This document shows, piece after piece, positions 61,008-64,000 of a stretch of DNA of 64,000 nucleotides (positions within the stretch are counted from its first letter, which is position 1; each line of letters opens with the position of its first letter). The notes below the pieces were generated by a model that was given only the letters and a program-made list of their open reading frames with translations, was not told where the DNA came from and did no database searches. The position numbers and the translations under genes are program-made. Source of the DNA: Rhynchopus sp. YZ270_cl-10 (Eukaryota); NCBI GenBank assembly GCA_964035575.1, contig OZ037842.1:868001-932000 (forward strand), written 5' to 3'.

Positions 61008-63635
61008 CTATGGCGGGAGTAACTCAAATGAACACCCAGCTGTTGTAACCTCGAATGCAGGCTGCAGCGGCCGGCTTGTGTCAACACCCACAAACGCAAC
61101 ACCGAGGTCTCGCCCGTTGTGAGCATACGTAACAGTACCACGTGTGGTATCCAGAACAATTGTGATGATGTCATCATCTTCGTCCATAGGTTCAGGCCAG
61201 TACGATCTTCCTGAGTAACGCAGGGCTGATGACCACAGTGTTCCTGTTGTCACGTTCAGGAAGTAGCCGCGTGGGTACTGCACAGAATTGCAGTATCCTG
61301 TTACCGGCATTGCCCCATCGGCCACTCCTATCATCAGGTGGTCCGCATTGTTCAGAATACGCACACTCCAACTGTGCACACCAGACCCACCAGGCATCTG
61401 CGGAACACACAAAGCGCTTGAATCTGCCACATTTGTACGTCCATCAAGTTTCGTGAGGACACTCTGCTTCACATACAACCGCGGTGACACATTGTCAAAG
61501 GACTGCAGGGAGGGTGGTGTTACAAAGGAAGAATATTAAGGAAAATAAGGACAATATTATTATTAGAAAAATAGCATACAATAGCAACAGGGTTGGGCGG
61601 TGTGAACGCAGCGTTCGACGCTGACGCGGCAGCGTTGACCAAGCTGCTTGGGTTCGTAGAGGCAGATGTCAAAATCCGCACGCACGCCTCAAGACATGAG
61701 AATGTCGGCGTGGCTAACAGGTACATGCAGTTGGCACGTCCTCCGTCCGGAAGAGCGTATGCTGTTCCTTCACTCTTGACGATACTCGGGTGAACGTCAT
61801 TCAATTCTGTGAAAATCTGAGCAGCAGATCTGGTGTGCCGCTTCAGTTTCGATGTGAGGGATGCGGACACGCTGAGGCTGAGCTCACGTGCATGCGACAG
61901 AGCAGCATTTGCATCAGAAGCTGCGACGAGAACACCATAGAGCACCTTCATTGCCTTCTTTGCAGACTCCTGCTCCCACGCAATGCTCACTGCATGGCGT
62001 GGCGTGTCAGACAGCTCGGCCACGTAATCGTTGAAGTCCTTTACCCGCGACACAATCTTGGAGAAGAATTTTTCACCTTCGGACTCTCGCTGACCCCTAT
62101 CGTGTACGTCAAGGAAAGACTCCTCCTGCTGACGGCGCATTGCTTCATTCACACCATGATGATCCAGCAGGGCACGTAACTGGGAGAGATGCGTAAGGAT
62201 GGATGCTTGTAGTGGGTACACACCTTGTCAATTTCGGCACCGATCTGTTGGATCTTCGTTAACGAAGATTGCCTCTCGTGAGCCAGGGCAGTCGCCACCT
62301 CAGGGTTGGTGGACCGGAGGTTGGCATACGACTGCTTCTGGTCCACCTGCAGTCGTCGAGGTGTTTTGTGGCGTTTGTTTGTTGATAATTATGAGTCTGT
62401 ACTCCACATACCAAGTCTATGACCTGCTTCTCTTGGTCTTCTTGAGCCTTCAGCACCTGAAAATACCGGTGTGCGGACATGTGAAGTGCTGCTTGCGACA
62501 CTGACACACGCCGATCAACATCTGCACCATGCCGTTCCAACGTTTCAGCCGTCAACGACGTGAAGTCCCGCACAAACTGTGCTGTACTCTCTGCCAACCT
62601 CACTGTGGCAGCCGCACCCTCAGACTTTTCCTCAAACAATGCAGCCTCGTTAGCAACGAGACTTTCAAAGTGGTGCAACGCTGCTTCTACATGATTTGCC
62701 GTCGCTTTGTTGAGCCTGCATTGCTTTGCGGTGTTGCACATCTCCTTTGTAATGTTTGTGAAGTCGTTGTACTTCAGAAGGATTTCCTCCAGAGTTGTTT
62801 GCGCCTGCTTCCGGAGAGACTTCACTTGATCACTAAGTTCTTTCACAGCCTTAGCACTGTGTGCGTGCTCACCGAGTAGGCCGCACGGATCCCCTTCACA
62901 TAACTCCCTCATGACCTCTGCCGCCCGGTGTGCCACATCGGCGTACTTTGCTGACGATCTTGCAACCTCAGCATATTCCCCTGCTGACGCCTGGATCGCG
63001 TCGTTACGCACTGACAGCTCAACAACCTCTGCGCGGCTGTGCTCCGCTCCTGCAACCTTCTCAGCACCGCTTTTCAGTACTGCATGGTGGCCCACTGTAT
63101 CGACATACCCACTCTCGCTGTCGTCAACACTATCGGCGTCATCACTGTTGATGTTAGGCATTCGTCGCGAAGCTGCAGAGGCAGCATCAGATGCCGCAGT
63201 CAGTGCTGCCCGTACACGTGGCAGCTGCAGGGAACGAGGATGTACAAAGGGAAGCCCCTCGTAGGAGTGCAGTATTTCCACGAACTTCTCAACGGCCTGC
63301 ACCTGCTCGTTGTTCAGTGCGGTGTCTGCAGTCATCTGTGTAATGGCCCGTATGGAATGCAGAATGTCGTCATTCGGAGGGTACTCACGGCCCATTTCTG
63401 ATACGATCATGCTATCAGCACTTTCTGCAATGTAGGCCTTGCCAGCCAACTCCATCGCCTTCATCTTAACTTGTTCAAAGGCGCGAATGTTATCTTCCTC
63501 ATACTCACTTCCGTGCGATCCAGGAACGCGCTTCACACCTTCTAAAAAGCGATCCAGCTCACCTAACATGCCCACATGGAACTGGCGTAACGCCTGAATA
63601 TCAAAGAGAGCTGGCACATCCCCACCACTCGACAT
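61008..63635 (-). CDS. Coiled-coil protein with a C-terminal SPRY/B30.2 domain; exons 62412..63635, 62224..62346, 61580..62179, 61008..61502, ~813 aa
   Basis: SPRY motifs SGVHSWSVRI, LMIGVA, DDIITIVLDTTRGTVTYAHNGRDLGVAF, LQPAF; three phase-0 GT-AG introns (65, 44 and 77 nt) join four ORFs. Confidence 0.85.
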
Positions 63636-64000
63636 TGTATGTGCTCCTTTTTATACGTATTCCAGGAACATGTTTCCCCACAAAAACTACCTCTGTTTGA
63701 GGGGAGGATAATGTGGATGGGGAGCATTAGGGGTGCGGTGGGTGGGGACAAAATCACAAGCAAAACAGAGCACAGGAGGACAACACATTTGCCACGGATT
63801 CCCCATATCCTTTTGCCAGTGTCACGACTTCCGTATTTTCACATTCACCTGACAAAAAAATAAAAAGAGTACGAAAAAAACCAAAAATAAAAGGGTAATA
63901 AACATAGACACTCGCAAACTGAAACTGCAAAATACTCCAACACAACCAAGCAACAAACGCACCATACAAACATATTCTGAGCGAATACTCCATCAAAAAG

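Noticed and set aside
62271..62280. GCCTCTCGTG core inside an exon
   Set aside because: No flanking stem; explained by the codons for AHERQ.
1..64000. tRNA, rRNA or spliced-leader RNA genes
   Set aside because: None recognised by eye; the sarcin-ricin-like match is only 8 nt. A covariance-model scan would be needed to exclude small RNAs.

Overview
Eukaryotic, repeat-rich protist DNA, most consistent with a euglenozoan such as a diplonemid. This is an inference from the one-strand gene array, frequent short GT-AG introns and a T-x-A-P-rich surface protein. About 15 credible host genes all lie on the minus strand. They include a kinesin, an AidB-like acyl-CoA dehydrogenase ending in SKL, a Yme1/FtsH protease, a PDZ coiled-coil protein, a motor-less dynein-stalk protein, a GST, an auxin-efflux-carrier-family transporter, a mucin-like surface protein, an exportin-like protein and a SPRY protein. 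Every intron I traced is GT-AG and restores the reading frame. Intergenic DNA contains at least ten TIR elements with 2-, 3-, 4-, 5-, 6- and 8-bp target-site duplications, some nested, plus a truncated Tc1/mariner. The most unusual signal is about 20 dispersed ~30-40 nt hairpins in three stem variants. They share the loop ACGAGAG, are all in one orientation, and fold best on the transcribed strand. A second signal is a ~130-bp core with GNA-triloop mini-hairpins shared by transposons with unrelated termini. All identifications were made by eye; no searches were run.
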